This document shows, in pieces, positions 40,822-50,545 of a DNA stretch of 64,000 bases (position 1 is its first letter; the number at the start of each line of letters is the position of its first letter). The notes below the pieces were generated by a model. It searched no databases, was not told the DNA's origin, and worked only from the letters and a program-made list of their open reading frames with translations. A program made the translations under genes and the position numbers. The DNA comes from Candidatus Bathyarchaeia archaeon (GTDB lineage Archaea > Thermoproteota > Bathyarchaeia > Bathyarchaeales > Bathycorpusculaceae): the NCBI GenBank assembly GCA_049512935.1, contig JBEKWR010000001.1, positions 157,791-221,790 on the forward strand, written 5' to 3'.

Positions 40822-41673
40822 TCACTTAACTGCCGCAATTAGTTTCTCCTTCCTATTAGCGACATCCTTATCATAATAGAATTTCCCTGTGCAAACCAAC
40901 CAAATTCTTTTGTCGACCTCATACGGCGTTTTCCCAACTGTTTCAGCTACCTCTATTATGGTCTTAAATACTTCGTAATCATTCCTCTCACACAATTCAC
41001 TTTTCTTGAAAACATCCATGAGATGGACATCAGGTTTTGGGTAGCCATCATATCCTGCTTCTTTTAGAAAATCGCAAGCTAATGCAAAACCAAAACCAGA
41101 TATTTCTTTATCTAATAGCATTGGTAAAGCTTCACGAGAATATTTGTTTCTTTGAAAATCTTTTATGAAGACATCAAATTCGTCTTTGTCTTGGAATTCT
41201 GAGAGAAAAATGGCAGCGGAAATGGCACCTTTGCCGAACATCACCCATTGGCTATTTTTTTTCTGCCAGTCTATTTTCAAACCTAACTTTTTATTGAATG
41301 CAGCAATAAGAGATTCCAATCCTTTGTCCTTGTCGTACTCTTCTTTTACTTTTACAGGGTCGAAATCAAAGAGTATCTCTTTAAGTTGGGTGCTTCTTTT
41401 TTGAATTTTCTCTTTAAGCTTGGTGCTTCGTTTTTCAATTTTCTCTTTAAGTTGGGTGCTCCTTTCAAATTTGATGTTCTTAGACATACCTTGACGATTA
41501 CATAATGAAGATAGAGCTTGTTCATAGACCTCGTTCAATGTTTTGCAAGCTTGTGGTTTAAGGTAATTACTTAGTTCTATCTGATTTTCAATAACCATCT
41601 CGCTTAGAAGACCATTTGTGATTTCATAAAGACTTTTCATCTTAGCTGTTCTTACCTTGTCCAATCTTACCAC
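40822..41673 (-). CDS. HhH-GPD superfamily DNA glycosylase-like protein
   Basis: ISGFGFALACDFLKEAG...KPDVH and TPYEVDKRIW. Confidence 0.65.
   Translation of the reverse strand: MVRLDKVRTAKMKSLYEITNGLLSEMVIENQIELSNYLKPQACKTLNEVYEQALSSLCNRQGMSKNIKFERSTQLKEKIEKRSTKLKEKIQKRSTQLKEILFDFDPVKVKEEYDKDKGLESLIAAFNKKLGLKIDWQKKNSQWVMFGKGAISAAIFLSEFQDKDEFDVFIKDFQRNKYSREALPMLLDKEISGFGFALACDFLKEAGYDGYPKPDVHLMDVFKKSELCERNDYEVFKTIIEVAETVGKTPYEVDKRIWLVCTGKFYYDKDVANRKEKLIAAVK
41378..41463. repeat. 33-bp tandem repeat (about 2.6 copies) inside CDS
   Basis: CTCTTTAAGYTKGGTGCT every 33 bp; encodes RSTQLKEKIEK-RSTKLKEKIQK-RSTQLKE. Confidence 0.85.
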
Positions 41674-41932
41674 CCTTCAAACCTAATCTTCTGTTCTACG
41701 CTGTGCAGATTTAAGACTTACTTTTTTTGTGTCTGTCTGGGTCTGTCTGTTGGTTTGTTTCTGCGAGTAAGTAGAGTAAGTACGGTGCGAGTAAGTAAGT
41801 GCGGTGAGCAAGAGGATAGAAGAATAAGAAGAAGATGAAGAAGAAATAGTCGTCGTAGTAGTTAATGAAGAGAGAGAAAGATTAAATTTTAATCAAGGTT
41901 TCTTGAGTAAGTTGATTTAGCTGACTTTTTGC

Positions 41933-42691
41933 TTAAGTCTTGATTTCCTGATTTTTGAAGGAAAGAAGGGGATTTAGATTTTGTGAAATTGTTTTTAGGT
42001 CTTTTGCTATGAAATCTGGTTTTTGCTGGCTATCCAGAAGGTCTCTTAAGCTGTTGAACTGGGACGGAACAAAAACCGTTCTTAGCCCTGCCTCTTTAGC
42101 TCCTTTGATATCTTCGGTCGGGGTGTCGCCGACGTAAACAGCTTCCTCAGCCGCGACTTGCAGTTTCTTTAAGGCATCTTGGAATATGTGGCTGCTCGGT
42201 TTTCTCCATCCGACCGCTTCTGAAACCACCGTGGCATTGAAAAAACCCTCTATTCCGAGCTTCCGCAGGCTTTTGTAGATGACAGGTGCATGCGTGAAGT
42301 TTGAGATTAAGCCCACCTTGCACTGTGCTTGGGTTTGCTTGAGTAGTTTTTTTGCGCCTTCCCGTAATTCAAGGGTGTCTATGAAGTCTTGGAAGAAAAC
42401 GTTCAGGGCAGCCTTGACTCGGTCATCATCCGCCGTGACCTTATAGCCGAGGTTGCAGAGCGCTTCCGCGACCCAAACCGCGTTAGTCACTTCCCGCAGT
42501 TCCCCATAGCGGACTTTGCGGTATTTCTCATGCGCCTCAGCGTAAGCTTGCATAAACCTGTCTCTGGCAGCATCAAAACCTTCAGCCACCAGCGCCTTGT
42601 ACAGTTTTTCCTTTGAAGCTTCCATACTGTAGCCTTTGCAATTAACCAGCGTCCCGACGTAATCGAAAATAACCGCCTTAATGCAAGCCAT
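41933..42691 (-). CDS. HAD-superfamily hydrolase
   Basis: FDYVGTL, ISN, KP, VGD...DI. Confidence 0.92.
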   Translation of the reverse strand: MACIKAVIFDYVGTLVNCKGYSMEASKEKLYKALVAEGFDAARDRFMQAYAEAHEKYRKVRYGELREVTNAVWVAEALCNLGYKVTADDDRVKAALNVFFQDFIDTLELREGAKKLLKQTQAQCKVGLISNFTHAPVIYKSLRKLGIEGFFNATVVSEAVGWRKPSSHIFQDALKKLQVAAEEAVYVGDTPTEDIKGAKEAGLRTVFVPSQFNSLRDLLDSQQKPDFIAKDLKTISQNLNPLLSFKNQEIKT

Positions 42692-42693
42692 CT

Positions 42694-43440
42694 CTACAGC
42701 TCACTCTTTCCCGATAAAATGAATTTCTTCGCGATTTCTTGAAGCCCTTTTCCAACCGCTGTGCTCATCAGCTTTGTTTCCTTGCCGATTGCGTCTTCTA
42801 CGTGCGGGTCAAACGGGATGGCGCCAAGATACCGTAGTCCCAGTTTTCGGGTTCCCAACTCAACGCTTTCTGACTTATCCATCTTCATGTTCTCGACAAT
42901 GCCAATGATCGGCGTCTTCAACTCGCATAGCAGTTCAACTTGCTTCTTGACCGTTTCAAAAGCCAGCATGGATGGCGTGGTGACGATAAGGAATTCTATA
43001 CGTTTGACGAGGCGCAAAAGGTCAAGGACGGCGTCGCCGATGCCTGGCGGCATGTCAATAACCAAAAAATCGAGCGCGCCCCACTGGGTTACTGACAGGA
43101 GCTCGATCAGGGCGTTTGAAACGTCGGCTCCGCGGAGGGGGGCGGGGTTGTCGCCGACAAAGTAAACGAGGGACATGTACTCTAACCCGTGGACGGCGGG
43201 TGGGACTATGCCTTTTTCCTCTTTTAGGGCAACTTTTTGGGCGCCGAGGATTATGTGGGTTGATGGACCCGTGAAGTCGAGGTCGAATAAGCCGACGCGG
43301 CAGCCGCTGCGGGCAAGTGCCAGAGCGAGTGCTGTTGCAACCATGCTTTTTCCCACCCCGCCCTTGCCACTTGAAACGGCGATAATTCGGCTTGTTCGGA
43401 TTAAACGCGCGTTAATCACGCTTGTTCTCGGGTCAACCAC
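42694..43440 (-). CDS. Mrp/NBP35 family ATPase
   Basis: SGKGGVGKS, DLDFTGPS, DMPPG.GD, ENM. Confidence 0.92.
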   Translation of the reverse strand: MVDPRTSVINARLIRTSRIIAVSSGKGGVGKSMVATALALALARSGCRVGLFDLDFTGPSTHIILGAQKVALKEEKGIVPPAVHGLEYMSLVYFVGDNPAPLRGADVSNALIELLSVTQWGALDFLVIDMPPGIGDAVLDLLRLVKRIEFLIVTTPSMLAFETVKKQVELLCELKTPIIGIVENMKMDKSESVELGTRKLGLRYLGAIPFDPHVEDAIGKETKLMSTAVGKGLQEIAKKFILSGKSEL

Positions 43441-43442
43441 GT

Positions 43443-43841
43443 TTATTTAGCTCCTTTTACGCTCTCAAGCCAAACTCCTCGCCCGCTGGCGATTTCAAAG
43501 TCAGGACTGCCGCATTTCGGACACTTGATGTAGCTGTGGGCAACTTCGGGAACAAAATGGATAGCCTCGGCAGTTTCCTTATCCATGCTTTTGCTGTCAA
43601 AATGCCACGTGGTACCGCAGACCCTGCATCGAAACGAGCTTTTAGCCGTCAGGAAGTGGAATTTTGTGCTCTTAAAAAGCGGCGTCTTCATCTGTGAAAT
43701 GGCGAAACGCAGAATGGGGCGTTCAACCTGCTGGAGCTCGCCGACCCTGATGGTGACCTCTGTGACTTCCTTCATGTTTTCTTTAACAGCGACCTCCGTG
43801 GCCGACGTTAAAATTGCTTCAGCTAAAGCCCACTCATGCAT
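43443..43841 (-). CDS. hypA: Hydrogenase nickel incorporation protein HypA
   Basis: MHE start, CRVC...CPKC, GRG. Confidence 0.95.
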   Translation of the reverse strand: MHEWALAEAILTSATEVAVKENMKEVTEVTIRVGELQQVERPILRFAISQMKTPLFKSTKFHFLTAKSSFRCRVCGTTWHFDSKSMDKETAEAIHFVPEVAHSYIKCPKCGSPDFEIASGRGVWLESVKGAK

Positions 43842-43976
43842 AAACTCTCATACCCGCTGACATTTAAAAACAATTTTGCCAAAAAAACGTTTTGAAAAGG
43901 AAAAACGCGGGTTTTGCGCCATTTTTGCCTTGTCAAAGAAAGTGTTAAATTTCCATGCCGCAGATAGGATTCTGAA

Positions 43977-44462
43977 ATGCCAAGTCATGAAGAGCACTGT
44001 CTGCATTCGCTGAAACGTTATGGGGTTCGCGGGGACGACATACACGCGTGGATGGATGAGCCGTCTCAGGTTTCAGGCGCAGCGCATCGAAGGTTCCGCC
44101 ACGACCTCAAAAGCCTACCCGTAGCGATAAAACTGTTCGGCGGGGAGTATGGGGACGAGATGGTTGAAAACATTTTTTTAGACCACCTCAAAGCGGACAG
44201 CGAAGAAGAAAGACAAAAGACGCCAAAGAACCATGCTGCGCAGCCAGAAGAGGTAAGCGTCACTGCTCCTCAAGATGTGGTTTTTCAAGGGGAAGCAAGC
44301 GTCGGCGAAAGCATCGATTCGACGTCTAAGCCGCGGAAGCCGTTTCCCATCAGAACCGAGCGGATGGAGATGCTTCTGACAGCGGTTTCCGTCGGGGTGT
44401 TCATCGTGGTTTTGGTTTACGTTTTGAATAACGCGTTTGGGCACCCGCTTGGCGTTTGGTGA
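43977..44462 (+). CDS. His-rich N-terminal domain (DUF6915-like) protein with C-terminal TM anchor
   Basis: H..HS..RYG....IH.WMD...HR..RHD...H; hydrophobic C-terminus. Confidence 0.6.
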   Translation: MPSHEEHCLHSLKRYGVRGDDIHAWMDEPSQVSGAAHRRFRHDLKSLPVAIKLFGGEYGDEMVENIFLDHLKADSEEERQKTPKNHAAQPEEVSVTAPQDVVFQGEASVGESIDSTSKPRKPFPIRTERMEMLLTAVSVGVFIVVLVYVLNNAFGHPLGVW

Positions 44463-44643
44463 GAGGTGCGGCGTCAAATTCTTTACGGCTTGTCTATTTG
44501 GCTCCTGTAGATGTCCCAAATATGCTTCCCGAGCGTTTTCCATGCATTTCTACCAACGGCTCCTCCACAGCCTAATTGCGTTTCAAGCCCTAAATCAAAA
44601 AAACAACCAGAAACGAGCCCTGATAGAACCCGCTTACCCTATA

Positions 44644-44828
44644 GGGGTATCTAGTTTTTACATTGAAATTCCATTGTAAATATGGGTTCACTACGACGGG
44701 GGAGGGGGTCTAGTATTTGTGGTCAAATTCCATCACAAATATGGGGCATGTTGACTCAGGCTTTCTAGGACCCATCAACGCGACCCTATAGGGTAGGCTA
44801 CTATTTGTGACCAAATTCCACCACAAAA
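44644..44828 (+). repeat. Three hairpin repeat units (arm-12 nt-arm), array A
   Basis: TTTACA-TTGAAATTCCAT-TGTAAA (44657), TATTTGTG-GTCAAATTCCAT-CACAAATA (44714), TTTGTG-ACCAAATTCCAC-CACAAA (44804). Confidence 0.85.
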
Positions 44829-44844
44829 AGCACCAAGAAAACCG

Positions 44845-45678
44845 ATGCCAAATCTTATATTTCCAAGAGAAGAGATAACCAGCTTGACCCTGATGCCGCC
44901 TGAGAAGTCCACGGTTGAAACCCTTGTTGACCTTCAGAGGGCGAAGGAAGCGGTTCTGCAAGCCCTCGACAGCAGAGGCTACAGGGTGGAAGAGGAGTTT
45001 GACGCAAAAATCGTCGCCAAACACGGGTTCTCAGCCGCGTATTACCCCCACCAAGTTGAAGTAGTAATCGACCCTAAACCCGCCTCAACAGTCATCACAG
45101 CGTCAATCGATCACCGCGCAGGCAAAACGTACCTCAAACGGCTCATCGACGAGCTGACAAAGCAGCTTCCGCCCCTGCCTACAAGAGTCTTCAACCCCAT
45201 CGAAAAACCCACAACCCAAACCGAACTAGCCTACCAAACCCAGATGCTAAACCGCAACTTCAACCCTGGAGAACAGGCCATCTGGAGCCACACGGTTCAG
45301 CAGGGTATGCTAAACAAGGAAACCACTGAAAGGTGGCTAATCACAAACATGAGAGCCATCAAACAGTTCCCCGCCTCAAAGGACAACCCGCAGGAAAAGT
45401 TCGCCGCAGTCGGATGGCTCGACCTGTCAGACTCAGTCGTGATGAACCTAGTTCGCAAGTCAAAAGGCAACAGAGTCGGCTCCTTCACAGGCGTCTATGG
45501 CGGCGGCGGATTCGCAGGAACAGCCACAAGCATCACCTCAGGCACAAGCATGACCTTCGGAGACATAATATTCCTCCACAACGACAAAGAAGTCTTCCGC
45601 TTCCAAGGCATAAGCGACCCCAACGAAGTCAACCGCCTCATCAAAACCCTCAAAAAAGAATACAACGAAAAACAGTGA
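44845..45678 (+). CDS. Hypothetical protein, C-terminal PH-like domain
   Basis: GEQAIW...WLITNMR...FGDI.F...F.GI.DP..V pattern. Confidence 0.7.
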   Translation: MPNLIFPREEITSLTLMPPEKSTVETLVDLQRAKEAVLQALDSRGYRVEEEFDAKIVAKHGFSAAYYPHQVEVVIDPKPASTVITASIDHRAGKTYLKRLIDELTKQLPPLPTRVFNPIEKPTTQTELAYQTQMLNRNFNPGEQAIWSHTVQQGMLNKETTERWLITNMRAIKQFPASKDNPQEKFAAVGWLDLSDSVVMNLVRKSKGNRVGSFTGVYGGGGFAGTATSITSGTSMTFGDIIFLHNDKEVFRFQGISDPNEVNRLIKTLKKEYNEKQ

Positions 45679-45752
45679 AAGGCAAACAAGAAAGCCTTAA
45701 ATCCACACGGGCGCCTCTTCGTTTTCAACACGTCTAAAAAGGTGACTTCCCA

Positions 45753-46319
45753 TTGGAAACACGTTTTAAAATCTTGGCTTTCGCAGGAAGCCTAAGAAAA
45801 GGCTCATACAACAAAGCCCTAATCCGCGCGGCAGTGGAGCTTGCACCTGAAAACGTCGCAATCGAAGTCTTCGATCTGGAAGGAATAACGCCCTTCAACC
45901 AAGACAACGAAAACAACCCGCCGCCGAAAGTAACCGAATTCAAACAGAAGATCCGAAGCGCAGACGCGCTCTTAATCGCGACACCTGAATACAACTATTC
46001 AGTCCCAGGCGTCTTGAAAAACGCGTTTGATTGGGCTTCAAGACCTTACCAAGATGACGCCCTGAGAAACAAAACAGTCGCCATCATGAGCGCGTCAACA
46101 GGAAGATTCGGCGGAGCCAGAGCACAATACATACTACGCCAATCGTTCGTATTCCAAAACATGCACACAGTTAACCAGCCCGAAGTCATGCTGTCCAGCG
46201 CCGCCGACAACGTTAACGCAGACGGCAGATTAACCAATGAGCAGACAAAATCGCTAATCAAGCAACTGATTGAGGCGCTGGTCGCATTGACTAACCAGCT
46301 AAACGGTAAGCCGCAATGA
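45753..46319 (+). CDS. NAD(P)H-dependent FMN reductase (ChrR-like)
   Basis: GSLRKGSYN, TPEYN.S.PGVLKNA.DW.SR, GGARAQ. Confidence 0.93.
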   Translation: METRFKILAFAGSLRKGSYNKALIRAAVELAPENVAIEVFDLEGITPFNQDNENNPPPKVTEFKQKIRSADALLIATPEYNYSVPGVLKNAFDWASRPYQDDALRNKTVAIMSASTGRFGGARAQYILRQSFVFQNMHTVNQPEVMLSSAADNVNADGRLTNEQTKSLIKQLIEALVALTNQLNGKPQ

Positions 46320-46368
46320 GCTTCACCTAATTCTTTCAGTTTCAGCGTTGACTTAGCGAAGCTTTAAA

Positions 46369-47697
46369 ATGGTTAAAGACCACGTTAGGGATTGGGCGCT
46401 AAACTTGAGAGTCATAGCCGACCTGCACATCCACGGTCGTTACAGCCGAGCAACAAGCGAGCAGATGAGCATCCCAGAAATCGCCCGCTACTCAAAAATC
46501 AAGGGTTTAAACCTTGTCGGCACAGGCGACTTCACCCATCCAAGCTGGCTAAAAGAAATCAACGAAACCTTAACGCCAGAGCAAGACACTGGACTCTTCA
46601 AGCTAACAAACAACGCAGAGTCCCCAGTCCGTTTCATGCTTACAACAGAAGTCTGCACGATATTCGACTACAAAGGCGAATCCAAAAAGGTCCACCACGT
46701 TATCTTGACCCCGAGCATGGAGACTGCCCTCCAAATCAACGACCGCCTGAAACGGTTTGGCGATTTAGCCTCAGACGGCAGACCAATCTTGGACGTTTCT
46801 GCGCCGCAGTTTGTGGAGGAAGTTATGGCTGTTTCAGGCGAGAACATGGTTTTTCCCGCGCACGCTTGGACGCCGTGGTTCAGCATTTTCGGCGCCTTCA
46901 GCGGATTCGACACCGTTGAAGACTGCTACCAAGACATGACACGCCACATACACGCCCTGGAAACGGGTCTAAGCAGCGACCCCCCGATGAATTGGCGCTT
47001 AAGCAGCCTGGACAAGTTCACTTTGGTTTCGAACAGTGACTGCCACAGTTTTTGGCCATGGCGCATCGGCAGAGAAGCCAACGTTTTCGAACTTGAAAAA
47101 TTCACTTACCAACAAGCCACAAACGCCATCATAAGCAACGACCCTGCACGGTTCAAGTACACGATTGAAGTTGACCCTGCCTACGGCAAGTATCATTGGA
47201 CTGGACACCGCAACTGCAAAGTGTCCCTGTCACCAAAGGAAGCCATAAAGTTTGGCAACGTATGCCCCGTTTGCCGCCGAAAGCTGACAAAAGGCGTCGA
47301 GCAGCGCGTGGAAGAACTTGCAGACAGACCAGCCGATTTTAAGCGTCCGAACGCACCGGGCTACTTGCGTTTACTTCCGCTTTCCGAAGTTATCGCTGCC
47401 ATGCTAGGCACCGACTCGCCTTCCACACAGGCGGTTTGGAAAAACTACAATCTGCTAGTTGAAAAATTTGGAGACGAATACAGAGTTCTGATTGACGCGC
47501 AGCTGGAAGACTTAGTTAAAGTTGTGGATGCACCCATCGCCCAAGCCATCCTCAAAGTCAGAAGAGGCGACGCGAAAGTTACGCCCGGGTACGACGGGGT
47601 CTATGGGCAGCTTGTTTTAGGCGTTGATGCCCCAGCAGTTAAGCTTAAGCCTGCGGTTGCAACCGTTAAGCAGTTAAACATGACTGATTTCTGGTAA
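46369..47697 (+). CDS. Endonuclease Q family (PHP domain plus Zn finger)
   Basis: ADLHIH..YS.ATS, PAH.WTP, ETGLSSD, SNSD.HS, GKYH, CP.C, PGYDGVYG; start may be 46405. Confidence 0.9.
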   Translation: MVKDHVRDWALNLRVIADLHIHGRYSRATSEQMSIPEIARYSKIKGLNLVGTGDFTHPSWLKEINETLTPEQDTGLFKLTNNAESPVRFMLTTEVCTIFDYKGESKKVHHVILTPSMETALQINDRLKRFGDLASDGRPILDVSAPQFVEEVMAVSGENMVFPAHAWTPWFSIFGAFSGFDTVEDCYQDMTRHIHALETGLSSDPPMNWRLSSLDKFTLVSNSDCHSFWPWRIGREANVFELEKFTYQQATNAIISNDPARFKYTIEVDPAYGKYHWTGHRNCKVSLSPKEAIKFGNVCPVCRRKLTKGVEQRVEELADRPADFKRPNAPGYLRLLPLSEVIAAMLGTDSPSTQAVWKNYNLLVEKFGDEYRVLIDAQLEDLVKVVDAPIAQAILKVRRGDAKVTPGYDGVYGQLVLGVDAPAVKLKPAVATVKQLNMTDFW

Positions 47698-47800
47698 GAA
47701 GCAAGCCGCCGCCCAACAGCAAGAGTTGGCAGCACAACGGTTTAATTCCCGCAAAACGAATCTTACCTAAACGTCCAAACTCACAGAGGACAGATAACTC

Positions 47801-49186
47801 TTGAAAGACCTTCTAACAAAAATCAACAACGTTGCCACCCAAAAGTTCGAAGCACAATATGCCGAAGCCCGAGCGCAAAAAATTATCAAAACAATGCTCA
47901 CCCTCAAGGAGGAACGCGTTGAAGCCGCAAAGCAGGGCATTGAAAGCGGCGTCGCCTTACGAGTGCTGGTGAATGGCGCATGGGGCTTCGCCTCCGTCGG
48001 CTCTTTGGATGAGGCGATTTTGGAGAGTGCGGTTTCGGATGCTTGCGGAATGGCTAGAATGGCCAGTTCACGGTTGAAAACGCCGATTAAGCTTGCCGAG
48101 GCTAAAGTGGTGTCTGACCGCGTCGAGGCTAAGCCGAAAAAGAACCCAGCGGAAATTCAGATGGAGGACAAAATCAAAACTGCCATGTCGGTTAACAAGG
48201 CAGGGTTAGGCTATGACAAACGAATAAAAAGTTTTTCCATAGATTATCTTGATTTAACTGGAACGAACTTTTTTGTAAACAGCGACGGCACAAGCATCGA
48301 GCAGGACAAGCTGTATGTTTGGTCAAGAATCACCGCTTCAGCATTGGACGCGGGCGTCTTCACTTTTAGCCGAGAAGAGGTCGGCTCCACTGCAGGCTAC
48401 GAAGTGTTCGATGAGCAACCTCCTGAGGATTTAGGCGAAAAAGTTGCCAAGCGCGCAGTGGAACAGTTAAGCGCGAAATCTTTGAAGGGAGGAACTTTCC
48501 CCGTCGTTTTGGGTCCGAACGTGGTGGGCGTTTTTGTTCATGAAGCGTTTGGGCATTTGGCAGAGGCGGACTTGGCTCTTTCAGGCGGAGTTTTGGCGGG
48601 AAACGTTGGCAAAAAACTCGGTTCCGACTTGGTTACGTTTTATGATGATGGAACGATCGAGGGTTCTTTTGGGGCTTTCAAGTATGACGATGAAGGTGTT
48701 CGAAGCCAGAAAACGCTGCTCATAAAAGAGGGCGTGGTTTCAGGTTTCATGCATAACCGTGAGACGGCTCAAAAATTCAACGTTGAACCAACGGGTAACG
48801 CGCGGGCTGAAGATTTCCGTGTTGAACCTATCATCCGCATGCGCTGTACATACATGGAGCCCAAAGACCACTCGTTTGATGAACTAGTTGAAAAGGTCAA
48901 GAGGGGGTACTATTTCAAGAGTTTCAGAGGTGGACAAGCCAATCTTGATGGCACTTTCCAAGTTGGCATCCAAGAAGGCTATGAAATAGTCAACGGCGAA
49001 GTAGGCGCACCTGTACGTGACGCGTCAATAAGCGGAAACACACTTGAAACTTTGCACAAGATTGACGCAGTGGGGAAAGACTTCCTTTTAGATCCTGGTA
49101 GGTGCGGTAAAGGTCAGACGGCTTTCATTTGTGATGGTGGACCACATATAAGCGTTAAGGAGGTTGTTGTAGGTGGCAGTGCTTAG
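47801..49186 (+). CDS. tldD: TldD metalloprotease subunit
   Basis: HEAFGH..EAD, YDDEG, TGNAR, CGKGQ. Confidence 0.92.
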   Translation: MKDLLTKINNVATQKFEAQYAEARAQKIIKTMLTLKEERVEAAKQGIESGVALRVLVNGAWGFASVGSLDEAILESAVSDACGMARMASSRLKTPIKLAEAKVVSDRVEAKPKKNPAEIQMEDKIKTAMSVNKAGLGYDKRIKSFSIDYLDLTGTNFFVNSDGTSIEQDKLYVWSRITASALDAGVFTFSREEVGSTAGYEVFDEQPPEDLGEKVAKRAVEQLSAKSLKGGTFPVVLGPNVVGVFVHEAFGHLAEADLALSGGVLAGNVGKKLGSDLVTFYDDGTIEGSFGAFKYDDEGVRSQKTLLIKEGVVSGFMHNRETAQKFNVEPTGNARAEDFRVEPIIRMRCTYMEPKDHSFDELVEKVKRGYYFKSFRGGQANLDGTFQVGIQEGYEIVNGEVGAPVRDASISGNTLETLHKIDAVGKDFLLDPGRCGKGQTAFICDGGPHISVKEVVVGGSA

Positions 49187-50537
49187 TAAAGATCTAATGA
49201 TAGGCTTAGCAGAAAACGCTGTGAGCCAAGCCTTGAAAACGGGAGCTTCAGAAGCTGAGGCTTACGTTTACGAGGGGCAAGCGACAAACATCGGTATCGA
49301 ACTGGGGCAAATCAGCAAAACTGACAGAATAATCGACCGAGGCTTAGGAATCCGAGTAGTAGCTAACAAAGCAATGGGGTTTGCTTACACAAACGTCATC
49401 GACGACCCCAAAGCAGTCAGCAGCGTCATAGCTAGGGCTTTAAGCGCTGCAAAAGCCAGCAAACCAGATCCTGAATGGAAGGAACTGCCAGAAAAGAAAT
49501 CTTACGTTTCGCTGGAAAGGACGTTTGATGAAAGGCTTGTTGAGCTTGGGTCTGAGGAGCTGGTTAATGTTGCTTCAACCATGTTGGACGCTGCTGGGCA
49601 AGTGGATAAACGTGTGTTTCCCATCGAAGGTGGAATAGGCAGTGCTTACATTTCTAATGCCGTCGCTAACTCGAACGGAATCGTGGGATTTGACAAAGGA
49701 ACTGTATTGGAATGTAGTATTGCAACCGTGGCGAAGGAAGACGACAGGGTTACGCCGGTTTGTTTTGAGTTCAACGCTTCAAGAAGCTACGAAGTAGACC
49801 CAGTTTGGGTTGGAAAAGAAGCGGCGAAACTGGCTGTTTCAGCTTTAAAAACTAAACCGGTTGAAACGAAAAGCACTACCCTCATACTAACGCAGTTTGC
49901 ATTACAGGACCTTTTTGCTTACACGCTAATCAACGCTGTTAAAGCAGATAGTGTGCAGAGAAATCAGTCACCGTTTAAGGGAAAAATTGGGGAAGAAGTG
50001 ACTTCTGAAAACCTTACAATTTACGACAACGGCTTGTTCCCAGGCGGCCTTCGTACTTGGGCTTTCGACGGCGAGGGAGTGCCTCACCATAAAACAGTGG
50101 TCATAGAGAAAGGTGTTTTGCGAAGTTTCCTGTATGACAGTTACTCGGCGAAAAAGGAAGGAAAAGAAAGCACAGGGAACGCCGGGCGCGCAGGGTACCT
50201 GTCAACCCCCAGCATCGACACCACAAACTTCCATATATTGCCAGGGAACAAGACAGGCGATGAAATGCTAAGGGAAGTTGACGACGGCTTAATAATCTAT
50301 TACCTGCAAGGAGCTCATAGCAGTAACCCTGTCAGCGGGGAATTCTCTGTGGTGGCAACTCCAGCTTGGAAGATAAAGAAAGGCGAAATAACGCATTGTA
50401 GCAGGGGCGTAATGTTGGCAGGCAACATTTTCGAAGTTCTCAAAAATGTGAGTTTAGTCGGCAGTAATGAGCGGCAGATGGGGCAACTGATTTCTCCCTG
50501 GATTCAAGTTGAAAACGTGAAGGTCATAGGGAAATAG
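49173..50537 (+). CDS. pmbA: PmbA/TldE subunit
   Basis: GLGIRV, FDGEG, STGNA, SGEFS; no HExxH; paired with tldD. Confidence 0.9.
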   Translation: MAVLSKDLMIGLAENAVSQALKTGASEAEAYVYEGQATNIGIELGQISKTDRIIDRGLGIRVVANKAMGFAYTNVIDDPKAVSSVIARALSAAKASKPDPEWKELPEKKSYVSLERTFDERLVELGSEELVNVASTMLDAAGQVDKRVFPIEGGIGSAYISNAVANSNGIVGFDKGTVLECSIATVAKEDDRVTPVCFEFNASRSYEVDPVWVGKEAAKLAVSALKTKPVETKSTTLILTQFALQDLFAYTLINAVKADSVQRNQSPFKGKIGEEVTSENLTIYDNGLFPGGLRTWAFDGEGVPHHKTVVIEKGVLRSFLYDSYSAKKEGKESTGNAGRAGYLSTPSIDTTNFHILPGNKTGDEMLREVDDGLIIYYLQGAHSSNPVSGEFSVVATPAWKIKKGEITHCSRGVMLAGNIFEVLKNVSLVGSNERQMGQLISPWIQVENVKVIGK

Positions 50538-50545
50538 CGCTTCCT

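Noticed and set aside
44644-44828. Hairpin repeats as a CRISPR array
   Set aside because: Only 2-3 units per locus, repeats diverge in sequence, spacing is irregular (57 and about 88 bp), and the linker is shared between loci instead of being unique
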